A stretch of 64,000 nucleotides of DNA from Candidatus Limnocylindrus sp. (GTDB taxonomy: Bacteria > Chloroflexota > Limnocylindria > Limnocylindrales > Limnocylindraceae). The stretch lies in assembly GCA_040397175.1 (NCBI GenBank), contig JBBAWM010000002.1:128001-192000 (forward strand). Direction: 5' to 3'. Within the stretch, counting starts at the first letter, position 1; every line of letters begins with the position of its first letter. The notes under the pieces are model-generated. The model saw nothing but the letters and a program-made list of their open reading frames with translations. It was not told the origin of the DNA and ran no database searches. Below, in pieces: positions 1-10,029 of the stretch. Position numbers and translations under genes: made by a program.

Positions 1-72
1 GGCCCAGCCGTGCGCCGACGCAAGTGGTTCAAGGAGGTCGCGCAGACCGCGAGGAGACTGGAAGCCGCTCAC
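1..72 (-). CDS. hisS: Histidyl-tRNA synthetase, N-terminal fragment (runs off window)
   Basis: GTG at 72 overlaps the rel TGA (GTGA). Translates MSGFQSPRGLRDLLEP, matching the HisRS N-terminal PRGxRD motif. rel-hisS synteny is common. Confidence 0.7.
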   Translation of the reverse strand, partial: MSGFQSPRGLRDLLEPLASAHGWA

Positions 73-2324
73 TGGTGCTGCTCCCGCGAAACGCTCCGGA
101 CGCCGCGGACGCGCTCCAGCCGCGCCATCAGCCTGGCAAGTTCGCTAATAGAGCCGACAGCAAGGGTCATCAACATCTCCGCATTCGTTTGGCCTGTCGT
201 CTGAACAGTAGCGGACAAGATGTTCACCTTCTGCTCCGCAACCACCTGGGTGATCTCAGAGAAGAGGCCGGTGCGGTCGAGCCCCTCGACGCGAATCGTC
301 ACCGGGTAGCTCTCCGTGGTCGCCGGTGTCATCTCCCATTCGACGTCAATGAGGCGTGACGCCTCTCGGGCGGAGGTGGAGGCGTCGCAGCTGGCGAGGT
401 GCACAGTCACCCCCTTACCGCGGGTAATGAAGCCAACGATGGGATCGCCTGGAAGCGGTCGACAACAGCGACCAAATCGCGTCAAGAGGTCGGGCACCCC
501 TTTTACGCGAATCCCCCCCGTCCGTTCAGCCGGGGCGACTGCCGCAGCGCTCGTACTCAAGGGCAAGAGTAATTTTGCGTCGTCCGATGCGACGCCGAGG
601 CGTGAAACCACCTGTTGTGGACCGACGGCACCGTAACCGATCGCCGCGAATAGGTCATCGACGCTCCCCTGATTCATTTGCTTGGCCACCTCTTCGATGC
701 GCTCGCGACCGATCGATTCCAAGGTAGTGCGGGCAAGGCGGCGCAGCTCGCGTTCGAGTGACTCTCGACCGTGCAGGATGTTCTCGCCACGCTCCTGATG
801 CTTGAACCACTGGCGAATCTTGTTACGCGCCTGCCGCGTAGTGGCCACATTGAGCCAGTCACGACTTGGGCCATGCTTCCCACGCGCCGTGACCACCTCG
901 ATGATGTCGCCCGACCTTAGTCGATACTCCAGCGGCACCAAGCGATTATTCACCTTCGCACCAATGCAGCGGTGACCGATGTCGGTATGCACGAGATAGG
1001 CAAAATCTAGCGGCGTTGCGCCGGCTGGCAGCTCCTTGACGTCGCCCTTCGGCGTAAAGACATAAACCTGATCCTGGAAGACGTCAAGCCGCACGCCTTC
1101 GAGGAACTCAGATGCGTCGGTCACATCGCGCTGCCACTCAAGGAGTTGGCGCAACCAGGCGAGCTTTGCATCGTAGGCAGCATCAGGCTGCGTGCCATCC
1201 TTGTAGCGCCAATGCGCCGCGATCCCTACCTCGGCAACCTCATGCATCGACCTCGTGCGGATCTGCACCTCAAGTGGACGCCCGTCGAGCGCTACGACCG
1301 CGGTGTGCAAGCTCTGATAGAGATTGTTCTTCGGCACGGCAATGTAGTCGTCGAATTGATTCGGGATCGGTCGCCAGACGCTATGGACCGCGCCGAGGGC
1401 GGCGTAACAGTCACGGAGGTTCTCAACAATGACGCGAATCGCATACACGTCGTAGATCTCTGAGAAGTCGCTTGATCGTCGTGCCATCTTCTTGTGGATC
1501 GAGTAGAGATGTTTCGCCCGGCCCGAAAACTCCGCCACAATGCCGGCTCGCTCCAGTTCCGGCTTGAGGATGGCGATCGCACGTTCGACATAGTCGGCGC
1601 GCATGTCCCGTCGCAGCTCGACCAGGTTCGCAAGCTCGTGGTACCGCTCAGGCTCGAGCGCCTTGAAGGCGAGGTCTTCGAGCTCCCACTTCATCTGCCA
1701 AATGCCAAGGCGCTCCGCAAGTGGCGCATAGATCTCAAGCGTCTGTCGGGCGATGCGGCGCTGCTTCTCCGCTGGGAGCGCGGCGAGGGTGCGCATGTTA
1801 TGCAGCCGATCACCGAGCTTGATGAGCACAACACGGATGTCTTGTGACATGGCAAGGAACATCTTGCGAATATTCTCGGCGTGCTGCTCTTCGGCGCTCA
1901 TCGCTGAGAACTTGCTCAGCTTCGTGACGCCATCGACAAGTGTTCCGACCTCGTCACCAAAGCGCTCAGCGATCTCGGCAGCCGTCACCGACGTATCCTC
2001 TGGAACGTCATGGAGCAGCGCAGCGACGAGGGTTGCGGCATCCAGACCGAGGTCCGCAAGAATCAGCGCCGCCTCGGCGGGGTGGGTCACGTATGGCTCT
2101 CCTGAGGCACGTACTTGCGTGCCGTGTGCTTCCACCGCAAAGCGGAAGGCATCATCGACAAGGCGCGCCGCCTCCGCCGTGCCGATGCCCGTCGATACCT
2201 TGTCGCGCAGTGCTTCACGGAGTGACTCCACCGGTCGCGCCAGCGCGCGGACCTTAGCGATTGGGTCCGTGGCAGGGCGCTTGACCTGGGGTGTCCTCTC
2301 TCCTGGTTGCGGCTCCATGCTCAT
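69..2324 (-). CDS. rel: Long RSH (p)ppGpp synthetase/hydrolase
   Basis: RASGEPYVTHP, LLHDVPEDT (HD), KLGDRLHNMRT, YQSLHT, EVQIRT, TGS (VFTPKG), CCRPLPGD and C-terminal ACT domain. Confidence 0.97.
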   Translation of the reverse strand: MSMEPQPGERTPQVKRPATDPIAKVRALARPVESLREALRDKVSTGIGTAEAARLVDDAFRFAVEAHGTQVRASGEPYVTHPAEAALILADLGLDAATLVAALLHDVPEDTSVTAAEIAERFGDEVGTLVDGVTKLSKFSAMSAEEQHAENIRKMFLAMSQDIRVVLIKLGDRLHNMRTLAALPAEKQRRIARQTLEIYAPLAERLGIWQMKWELEDLAFKALEPERYHELANLVELRRDMRADYVERAIAILKPELERAGIVAEFSGRAKHLYSIHKKMARRSSDFSEIYDVYAIRVIVENLRDCYAALGAVHSVWRPIPNQFDDYIAVPKNNLYQSLHTAVVALDGRPLEVQIRTRSMHEVAEVGIAAHWRYKDGTQPDAAYDAKLAWLRQLLEWQRDVTDASEFLEGVRLDVFQDQVYVFTPKGDVKELPAGATPLDFAYLVHTDIGHRCIGAKVNNRLVPLEYRLRSGDIIEVVTARGKHGPSRDWLNVATTRQARNKIRQWFKHQERGENILHGRESLERELRRLARTTLESIGRERIEEVAKQMNQGSVDDLFAAIGYGAVGPQQVVSRLGVASDDAKLLLPLSTSAAAVAPAERTGGIRVKGVPDLLTRFGRCCRPLPGDPIVGFITRGKGVTVHLASCDASTSAREASRLIDVEWEMTPATTESYPVTIRVEGLDRTGLFSEITQVVAEQKVNILSATVQTTGQTNAEMLMTLAVGSISELARLMARLERVRGVRSVSREQHQ

Positions 2325-3817
2325 TGTTTTGGAGAATAGCCGAGCGCGACGAGCGCGCTGCGTGCTGCCCCTGCCTCATCCCACGCCTCATCGACGCCGC
2401 GGCGTTCAATCGTTCGCTCATGCCCCTTCCCCGCCAAGAGCACGACGTCACCCGGTCGGGCGGCGCTGATCGCCGCACGAATGGCAGACGTTCGGTCGTG
2501 AAGGATCGCAGCGCTGCTACCCGGGAGCGGAGAAGCTTCCTGGAACGCGGTTCGAATCGCCTCCCCAATAACGCTCGGATCCTCACTCCGCGGGTCTTCG
2601 TCTGCAATCCACACTAGATCGGCACCAGTAGCCGCTCGCCCTATTGCAGTACGTCGACCAGGGTCTCGTTCGCCCGCGGCTCCCGTGACTAGCAGGAGGC
2701 GACCGGTTGGGCTGCACATCTCGCGCGCCACGGCAGCCGCCGCCGTTAACGAAGGACCCGTATGCGCAAAGTCAACGATCACCTTGAACGGCTGGGCATA
2801 GTCGATAAGCTGACTTCGGCCAGGAGGGCCGATTTCGGCCTCAACTGCGGCGATCGCTGCTGGAAGTGGGAGCCCCCATGCCGCGACGAGGGTGAGCGCC
2901 GCGGCCGCATTTGCCGCATTGATCCGACCAGGCATCGCCAGGTGTAGCTCAGCCAGAACGCCGTTGATCAGTACTTGGTGATCGGAGTAGGCATCAAAAC
3001 GGGCAACCTGCAAGCCTGCAGCGGTGGCCGCTTCTGCGAATGGCTGCACCGCTGGATCGCTCGCGTGCACAACGACCACGCGCGGCAGGTTGCGCGCGCG
3101 GCTGGCTGCGCTGCCCACTGTCCTCGTAATGAGCGTCGCCTTCGCCGCGCGATATGCATCGAGGCTCGCATGGAAATCGAGATGGTCGGGCGAGAAGGTG
3201 GTGTAGATCGCCGCGGCAAAGCCAATGGCGCCGACACGCTCCAACTGAAGCCCATGACTCGTGCTCTCAACGACCGCCGCCTCATCGCCTGCCTCTACCA
3301 TCTCGCGCAGCGCGCGCTGTAGCGCGGGAGCCTCGGGCGTTGTCTGATGCGCTGCGGCCGCTCGCTGGACGCCACCGATGCGACTGATCGCCGTTGAGAT
3401 CAGGCCCGTGCGCAGCCCAGCAGCTGTAAGTGCTGTGGAGAGGAACGTCGATGTCGTTGTCTTTCCGTCGGTCCCCGTCACACCAATCGCCACAAGTTCT
3501 TCGGCTGGATCACCCTCCCACCACGCTGCCGCAACGGCGAGGGCCGCACGCGCATCGCGAACCAAGAGAAGTGGCACGTTCGAAGCGACCTGCTGCTCAC
3601 TCAACACCGCCGCTGCACCGCGCTCAACAGCACCTGCGATAAAAGCTGCCCCATCGAAGGAGTGCCCTGCGATCGCGACGAAGATTCCGCCGGCGCTGAC
3701 CAGCCGTGAATCGTGGGTGGGGGCGCTGGTAATAGTGATGGTCGCTGAGAACGGAGCGGCCAGGAGATTCCGCTCCTCCAGCCGGGTGATCAGCTCATGC
3801 AACGGACGCTTGCTCAT
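2321..3817 (-). CDS. murE: UDP-MurNAc-tripeptide synthetase
   Basis: GVTGTDGKTTT P-loop, TTPEA, ESTSHG, DHLDFH, VDFAHT, EDPRSED, LLAGKGHE. Confidence 0.9.
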   Translation of the reverse strand: MSKRPLHELITRLEERNLLAAPFSATITITSAPTHDSRLVSAGGIFVAIAGHSFDGAAFIAGAVERGAAAVLSEQQVASNVPLLLVRDARAALAVAAAWWEGDPAEELVAIGVTGTDGKTTTSTFLSTALTAAGLRTGLISTAISRIGGVQRAAAAHQTTPEAPALQRALREMVEAGDEAAVVESTSHGLQLERVGAIGFAAAIYTTFSPDHLDFHASLDAYRAAKATLITRTVGSAASRARNLPRVVVVHASDPAVQPFAEAATAAGLQVARFDAYSDHQVLINGVLAELHLAMPGRINAANAAAALTLVAAWGLPLPAAIAAVEAEIGPPGRSQLIDYAQPFKVIVDFAHTGPSLTAAAAVAREMCSPTGRLLLVTGAAGERDPGRRTAIGRAATGADLVWIADEDPRSEDPSVIGEAIRTAFQEASPLPGSSAAILHDRTSAIRAAISAARPGDVVLLAGKGHERTIERRGVDEAWDEAGAARSALVALGYSPKQ

Positions 3818-4896
3818 GATCGCCCTCCACGTACTCGGCCGAGGAGCGAACGTAGTTGGAGCGCCCGTGGCCGGAGCACGATGCGGTGCGCGCCAGCCAT
3901 CGGGGTCCAGACCGCTCCAAACGAGGCCTTATGCGCGTACAAGCCGTGCATGGCGTCGCCCTCTTCTGGAATTTCACGATGCCCCACAACGTCCACCCCG
4001 CCGAGGTCGGTGATGCGGCGCTCCCCCGCCGCAATCTTGATTGCGGTCCAGCGTAGGAGCGCGAGGGCCCCCGGAGTCTCCTTCCGTGCAATCGGATCGT
4101 CGCCTGACGCATCCGTCGTGATGCGCTCACCGTGTCGCAGGATCACGATGAACGCGATTAGCGCGTCAGCGGCGCCTCGCACGACGAGGATCTCGGCGCG
4201 CTCTGTGGCAACGAGTTGTTCCCACCAGCGAATCATGGCCGCCGATGAACCAAGTACGAATGACTTACGCTGCGCCGTCGCCTCGAGCAGGAGCTGCACG
4301 TGGCCCCACAGTGCGGCGCGCTCCGCAACAGGAGTGAGGTGCGTGATTCGCTCGGGGGTGAATCCGGCACGTTCGGCGAGCGCGATCCGTTGGCGCGTGC
4401 TCTTGCTGATCCCCTCAAGAAGATCAGCTTCCGATGTTCCAGTTGCGCTCGCGCCGAGCACCATTGTGTGCTGGCTCGGAAAGATCTCAGACGATTTTCG
4501 AAACCCAGCGGTGCGGAACGCGGCTTCGGTCGCCTCTCCGGCTGGCAACCACGGATCCGCATCCAATGAGACAAGGCCGCACTCCGCTTGGAGCCACTGC
4601 GCGACGCGCTGGATCCGCCCTGTCACCGCGACCGCCTGGGCGAGCGTGGTACCCCAGGGCGCGAGTGGCCCACGTGGCACATGCCCCTTCGGGAGGACGA
4701 CGAGTGGTGCCCGATTCAAGAGAACGCCGATTGGCGTGTCATCAAGTTCAAGCGCGATCGCCTCGCGACCTAGGCTGGCTCGATAGGTGAGCCAGGCACT
4801 CCCCTGATGTACGTCCCCGCCAGGCGCGTCAACAGCCCGTGCGTCCCACGCCTGTTGCGCCGCGAGGGTCGTCAGATCGATTCGACGAATGGTCAT
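3814..4896 (-). CDS. FemABX-like peptidoglycan interpeptide-bridge aminoacyltransferase (GNAT fold)
   Basis: HQGSAW, VPRGP, SKSTRQRI, LLRWTAI, DLGG, GLYAHKASFG resemble FemAB/FemX motifs; lies between murE and murJ. Confidence 0.75.
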   Translation of the reverse strand: MTIRRIDLTTLAAQQAWDARAVDAPGGDVHQGSAWLTYRASLGREAIALELDDTPIGVLLNRAPLVVLPKGHVPRGPLAPWGTTLAQAVAVTGRIQRVAQWLQAECGLVSLDADPWLPAGEATEAAFRTAGFRKSSEIFPSQHTMVLGASATGTSEADLLEGISKSTRQRIALAERAGFTPERITHLTPVAERAALWGHVQLLLEATAQRKSFVLGSSAAMIRWWEQLVATERAEILVVRGAADALIAFIVILRHGERITTDASGDDPIARKETPGALALLRWTAIKIAAGERRITDLGGVDVVGHREIPEEGDAMHGLYAHKASFGAVWTPMAGAHRIVLRPRALQLRSLLGRVRGGRS

Positions 4897-6503
4897 ACGC
4901 TCGCCTCGGCGCGCAAGAGGAGTGCACGGAGTCGCTTCGGAGCGAGCGGTGCAAGGCGGCGGAGTAACGGGAGTGCCTCGCGTCGGCGTGCGATGAGCGT
5001 GAGGGCGACATAGGTGGCGAGCCCAACCACGGTGCCGAGCGCCGCGACTGCCGCACCAGGGAGTACCCCCAAACGCCGTGCCCCCTCAAGGAGCGGCAGC
5101 GTGATTGCGGCGGCTAGCCCTGCAGAAAGGAGTGCTGCACCCACTGCGAAGAGGGTGATGCCGACAACCGTTGACACGGTGAGGATCTGCTTATGCGCAA
5201 CCAGGAGGGCAAGCAGCACGATCGCCTCGAGCCACGTGCCGAGAGGGAGTGACGTGGCGATCCCAGTGACGCCAACGAGCGGAACCCAGATGGTCGCCAT
5301 CGCGAAAATCACGATGCTTCCACCAAGCTCGGCGACAGTAGGGCGCGCCGTATCGCGAAGGCCGTAGAAGAGGCGCACCGCAACCGAGATCACACCATGC
5401 GCAACGAGACCGAGGAGGAGCAGGCGCAGGAGATCTGCAGTTGCCGAAGCCGACACGTCATCGATACTCCCACCGACCACGAGGCGTACCGCATCAAACG
5501 AGAAGAGCGCCCCGAGTGCGGCAATGGGCGTCATCATCCAAATGACGGCACCGATGCTGGAGGTTGCCAGTGTGCGCACGGCCGCCAGGTTGCCGCGCGC
5601 CGCCTGCGCCGCAACCTTCGGGAGGATGGCGATGCCGATCGACGAGGTGACGAGCGCAAGGGGAACCTGCATCAGCGTGAAGGCATACGACCAGATCGTG
5701 ATCGCCCCGGCTCCCGTCGTACCGGCGAGCGAGACGAGATAGGCCAACAAGAGTTGCACAACAACGACTGAACCAATGCGCGGCAAGAGCGAACGGAGGG
5801 CATCGCGCAGGAGTGGGTCACGGAAGTTTGGTCGCGCTGGGCGCAAGCTACTTCGCATCAAGACAACGAAAGCGATACCGAGGACGGCAAGTGCACCAGC
5901 CGCCGTTCCGAACGCGGGTCCGTACCCTCCAGCGTTTCGACCGCCAATCAGCGCGCCGGCGATCGTACCCGCGCTATACACGAGGCCAGTAACGGCTGTG
6001 ACGCCAAACTTGGATCGCGCTGCAGCAGCACTTGTGCAGACGGCGGAGAGCGCCAACGCGATCGTGGCTACCAGAAGGATGACGCTCAGATCAGCCGCTT
6101 CGCGCTGCTGGGCGATCGGTAGCCCTCCGACCAAGAGCCCACTTAGCGCGCTCGCGCCAACGACAACGATCAGCGCGAAGATGCTGAGGAGGGCCAGCAT
6201 GGTGACCAGCACAGCGCTGACGATTCGTTGCGCTCGTCGTCGCTCGCCACGCTCAAGCAGCATGCTGAGCTGCGGAACCAAGACGGTAGCAATAGAACCT
6301 GCTGCGACCAGCGCGAACACGATGTCAGGGATACGAAACGCGGCAAGGAAGGGGTCTAGCGTTCCCGTCGCACCAAAGACTGCCACCAGGACGGTGATGC
6401 GGGCCCAGCCAGCGATACGCGATGCCAGTGCGCCAGCGGCGAGAATCGAGCTGCTCTGTGCAATGCTCGAGCGAGTCACGGCCCCACCTCGCCGCAACGT
6501 CAT
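4893..6503 (-). CDS. murJ: Lipid II flippase MurJ/MviN
   Basis: SRIAGWAR, AAFRIPD, FYGLRDTARP and many hydrophobic helices. Confidence 0.9.
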   Translation of the reverse strand: MTLRRGGAVTRSSIAQSSSILAAGALASRIAGWARITVLVAVFGATGTLDPFLAAFRIPDIVFALVAAGSIATVLVPQLSMLLERGERRRAQRIVSAVLVTMLALLSIFALIVVVGASALSGLLVGGLPIAQQREAADLSVILLVATIALALSAVCTSAAAARSKFGVTAVTGLVYSAGTIAGALIGGRNAGGYGPAFGTAAGALAVLGIAFVVLMRSSLRPARPNFRDPLLRDALRSLLPRIGSVVVVQLLLAYLVSLAGTTGAGAITIWSYAFTLMQVPLALVTSSIGIAILPKVAAQAARGNLAAVRTLATSSIGAVIWMMTPIAALGALFSFDAVRLVVGGSIDDVSASATADLLRLLLLGLVAHGVISVAVRLFYGLRDTARPTVAELGGSIVIFAMATIWVPLVGVTGIATSLPLGTWLEAIVLLALLVAHKQILTVSTVVGITLFAVGAALLSAGLAAAITLPLLEGARRLGVLPGAAVAALGTVVGLATYVALTLIARRREALPLLRRLAPLAPKRLRALLLRAEASV

Positions 6504-7462
6504 GGCTTCGCCCCCGTACGCCGTGCGCGCGGGTGCGCCGACGTGTAGAGCCCGCGCAGCCGCGTGGTTGAGACATGCGTGTATACCTGCGTCGTTCCGA
6601 GACTCTCGTGTCCGAGGAGCTCTTGCACCACGCGAAGGTCGGCGCCGCCATCGAGGAGGTGCGTGGCAAATGAGTGTCGCAGCGTATGGGGGTGAAACGC
6701 CTCGGGGAGACCCGCGGCCCGCGCGATGTCATCGAGCCGCGCGCGGGCGCCCCGTTCTCCGAGGGGCCCGCCGTTGCGGTTTAAGAAGAGCGCAGAACCA
6801 GGAGCATTGGTGAGTGCAGCGAGAGCCGGTCGGCCGTCAGAGATATATGCCTCAATGGCGCGGCGACATGGCGCGCCGAAGAGCGCAACGCGCTGCTTGT
6901 CACCCTTGCCAGTCACCTTCACCTCTCCACGTGCAAGCTGAAGGTCGCCAAGGGTGATCGCCACCACTTCGGCGATACGCAGGCCAGCTCCGTAGAGCAA
7001 TTCGACGAGTGCCGCGTCGCGACGCGCAAGCGAAGGTGAGGTGCCCATGGCCGCCTGCGCGATGAGTTGTTCAACCTGCCCTTGTGACAAGACGTCCGGA
7101 AGTCGCTTCTCCCGCTTCGGTCGAGCGAGCGCATGGAGCGGATCCTTTGCCACGCTCCCCTGCCGCACCCAAAAGCGGTAAAAGGTGCCGAGCGCGGCGA
7201 GCCGTTGCTGCACGGTGGAGCGTTCGCCATCTTCGCTGAGCAGCGCAATGTAGCGGCGAAGGTCAGCCCGACTTGGCGCGTACCAATCAATCCCTTCGTC
7301 GTCGTACCAGGCGATGAGCCGCTCAACCGCCGTGCGGTAGGAACGTTCCGTCGCAGCGGAGAGGGCGCGTGCTCGCAGGTGCATGATGAATGGAGCAATT
7401 CTCGGGTCAGTCACAGCGGGCGACCGCTGCGCCACGGGAGCCGATTCGCGGCCCCGGCTCAT
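6500..7462 (-). CDS. xerC: Tyrosine recombinase XerC/XerD
   Basis: RDAALVELLYGAGLRIAE, GKGDKQR, HPHTLRHSFATH, LLGH...TTQVY; follows topA as in core genomes. Confidence 0.9.
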   Translation of the reverse strand: MSRGRESAPVAQRSPAVTDPRIAPFIMHLRARALSAATERSYRTAVERLIAWYDDEGIDWYAPSRADLRRYIALLSEDGERSTVQQRLAALGTFYRFWVRQGSVAKDPLHALARPKREKRLPDVLSQGQVEQLIAQAAMGTSPSLARRDAALVELLYGAGLRIAEVVAITLGDLQLARGEVKVTGKGDKQRVALFGAPCRRAIEAYISDGRPALAALTNAPGSALFLNRNGGPLGERGARARLDDIARAAGLPEAFHPHTLRHSFATHLLDGGADLRVVQELLGHESLGTTQVYTHVSTTRLRGLYTSAHPRARRTGAKP

Positions 7463-10029
7463 TAGGCCGTTCCCACCTGTTCAGCCGGTTCCGGCGCCAC
7501 CGACTCAGCGCCGACGGGTTCTGCTACGAGATCCTTGACCTTCGTCGTCGAAATAGCCTTCGGCTTGGCCTTCGCTTTGGCCTTCGGCTTCGCATTGCCC
7601 TTCGGTTTCGCCTTGCTCTTCGGTGCGGCCTTCGCGCCACTATCGGCTGATGCTGCAGCACCCCGCCGTGGGCGCTTTGGCACCCAGGCGAGCGGATCCG
7701 GATCGCCGCCCGCAATCACTGAACCGAGCACTACCACCTCAGGAAGCGTTACGCGAGCGCCGCACTTGGTGCAGATGCCACCCTCGTCATCTTTACCGAT
7801 GACAGCACCACATTCGGCGTGTGTAGCGCCCGAGGGGCGCGGTCGAATCGTCTTGCAGTCGGGGTAGCGATTACACGAATAGAAGTAGGTCCCCCGTTTA
7901 TTGTTCTTCTTCGGTCCAAGTTTGCCACCGTGCTCCACACCACAAACCGGGCAGAGCGCATTGAACTCAAGCTTAAATTCTGCGGGTACCTCTGCTTTCG
8001 GAATGTACTTGCACTCGGGATACCGATCGCACCCGAGGAACCAACCGAAGCGACTCCGTCGCTGCGCCATCTTGCCGCCGTGTTCAGCGCCGCACATTGG
8101 ACAGGGAAGACCCGCACCCTCGAGCGTTGGCGTGTCACCAGACGGCGTGTCATCGCCGATTACCTTGGAGAGTGACTTGCGTTCGGCGTGCTCTGGGTAC
8201 AGCGTGCAGGCGAGATACCAACCGAATCGACCGAGGCGCTCCTCCATCGGGTGCCCTTCGGAGCATTTCTCGTCACTGGCGCGGTTGCGAAACTCTCCTG
8301 CGCCGATCGACTGCGCCTTCTCAAGGACGAGCGGATCAAAGGTGCCCCAGAACTTCTGCAGTACGTCGCGCCAATTTGCGCGCCCCTCTGCAACCGCGTC
8401 AAGCTCCTCCTCCATCCCAGCGGTGAAGCCAAGGTCAACGAAGGTGGCGAAGTGTGTCGTGAGCAGGTCGCACACCGTCTCGCCGAGTCGCGTGGCACGG
8501 AGGCGATTATCCTTGTCGCGGTCCACATACTCGCGCTCTTGGATACGTTCAATGATGGCGGCGTAGGTCGATGGTCGGCCAATGCCATACTTCTCCAACT
8601 CTTTGACGAGTGTTGGCTCGGTGAAGCGTGGCTCAGGCTTCGTGGCGTGAGGCACGCCCTCTACCGTTGCGACGCTCCCCTTTGAACCCTCTTGGAGGTC
8701 CGGAACCTTCGCCTCCGCATCTTCATCTTCGTCATCGCGGCCTTCGAGGTACACGGTGGTGAACCCTGGCTCAAGGGTGCGCGTCGCAACCGTTTTGAGA
8801 CGATCGCTTCCTGCGCTCCAAATCAACGTCGTTGAAGCGGAGAGCTTGTCGGGCATCTGTGATGCAATCGTGCGGCGCCAGATCAACGTGTAGACCTTCA
8901 GCTCGCGCTCGTCGATGTATGGTGCGGCGAGTTCGGGGGTGAGGGCGAGATTCGTTGGGCGAATCGCTTCGTGGGCCTCTTGTGCATTTTTCGACTTTGA
9001 AGCGTACTGGCGGCCGCCCTCAACGATCATCTCCGGGCCGAATCGCTCACGGATCACCGCTGAGGCGTCGCTGATGGCTTGCTGGCTCAGCGTTGGCGAA
9101 TCGGTGCGCATATAGGTAATGAGACCGGTGCGCTCACCTCCAATCTCCACACCTTCGTAGAGCTTCTGGGCGAGCTGCATCGTGACGCGCGAGCGGAAGC
9201 CGTGCTTGCGACCCGCCTCCTGTTGCAGCGTTGATGTGGTGAATGGTGGGACCGGGCGCTGCTTGCGCGTCCCCTCGCTGCGCTCCACGACAACGGCGTC
9301 CGCACCATCAAGCCGGGTCACGGCCGACGCCGCTACTTCAGGATCGAGTTCAAGAGTCTCCCCCTTCTCACCGATCAAGGTGGCAGGAACGGTCAGGTCC
9401 GTGGCCGTCGCTGGGCGAATCCCAATCTCAACCGTGGTGTAGTGACGCGGGATAAAGGCGCGGATGGCGCGTTCGCGCTCCACGACCAGGCGGAGGGCGA
9501 CCGATTGCACTCGCCCTGCAGACAGCTTCGGCTTGACGAGCCTTGAGAGGAGCGGCGAGAGGCGATAGCCGACGAGGCGATCCAGGATGCGGCGCGCCTG
9601 CTGGGCGTTGACGAGGTCAAGGTTGATGGCGCGAGGATGGGCAAACGCTTCGAGGATGGCCCCCTTGGTGATCTCGCTAAAGGTCACCCGACGACGGTCC
9701 GCCTCGGGGATGCCGAGCGCCTCGGCCACGTGCCAAGCAATCGCCTCCCCCTCACGGTCGAGGTCGGTTGCCAGCCAAACGGAGGTTGCCTTCTTTGCGG
9801 CACGAGTGATGTCATCAAGTCGCTTCTGCTTGTCCTCGATGATTTCGTAGAGGGGGGTGAAGCCGTTCTCCACGTCGACCGCCATGCTCCCCTTCTTCGT
9901 CTTCTGGGGAAGATCCCGAATGTGCCCGTAGGAGGCGAGCACGGTGTAGTCGGGGCCGAGATACCGCTCAATCGTCTGAGCCTTGGCCGGCGACTCGACG
10001 ATCACGAGGTTGGAGGCTGCCTTTGTCAT
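7462..10029 (-). CDS. topA: DNA topoisomerase I with zinc ribbons and a Lys/Ala/Pro-rich tail
   Basis: LVIVESPAK, DLDREGEAI, SAGRVQS, ITYMRTDS, AHEAIRPT. Start moved to ATG 10029, which overlaps the dprA stop (ATGA). Confidence 0.96.
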   Translation of the reverse strand: MTKAASNLVIVESPAKAQTIERYLGPDYTVLASYGHIRDLPQKTKKGSMAVDVENGFTPLYEIIEDKQKRLDDITRAAKKATSVWLATDLDREGEAIAWHVAEALGIPEADRRRVTFSEITKGAILEAFAHPRAINLDLVNAQQARRILDRLVGYRLSPLLSRLVKPKLSAGRVQSVALRLVVERERAIRAFIPRHYTTVEIGIRPATATDLTVPATLIGEKGETLELDPEVAASAVTRLDGADAVVVERSEGTRKQRPVPPFTTSTLQQEAGRKHGFRSRVTMQLAQKLYEGVEIGGERTGLITYMRTDSPTLSQQAISDASAVIRERFGPEMIVEGGRQYASKSKNAQEAHEAIRPTNLALTPELAAPYIDERELKVYTLIWRRTIASQMPDKLSASTTLIWSAGSDRLKTVATRTLEPGFTTVYLEGRDDEDEDAEAKVPDLQEGSKGSVATVEGVPHATKPEPRFTEPTLVKELEKYGIGRPSTYAAIIERIQEREYVDRDKDNRLRATRLGETVCDLLTTHFATFVDLGFTAGMEEELDAVAEGRANWRDVLQKFWGTFDPLVLEKAQSIGAGEFRNRASDEKCSEGHPMEERLGRFGWYLACTLYPEHAERKSLSKVIGDDTPSGDTPTLEGAGLPCPMCGAEHGGKMAQRRSRFGWFLGCDRYPECKYIPKAEVPAEFKLEFNALCPVCGVEHGGKLGPKKNNKRGTYFYSCNRYPDCKTIRPRPSGATHAECGAVIGKDDEGGICTKCGARVTLPEVVVLGSVIAGGDPDPLAWVPKRPRRGAAASADSGAKAAPKSKAKPKGNAKPKAKAKAKPKAISTTKVKDLVAEPVGAESVAPEPAEQVGTA
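7557..7633 (-). repeat. Low-complexity coding repeat (AKPK/AKAK) in the topA tail
   Basis: Repeated (g)ccttcg(g/c) units encode AKAAPKSKAKPKGNAKPKAKAKAKPKA. Confidence 0.7.

Noticed and set aside
6500-7462. Tyrosine recombinase as a phage or island integrase
   Set aside because: It has XerC/D size and motifs in the usual dprA-topA-xerC context, with no att repeats or mobile cargo.
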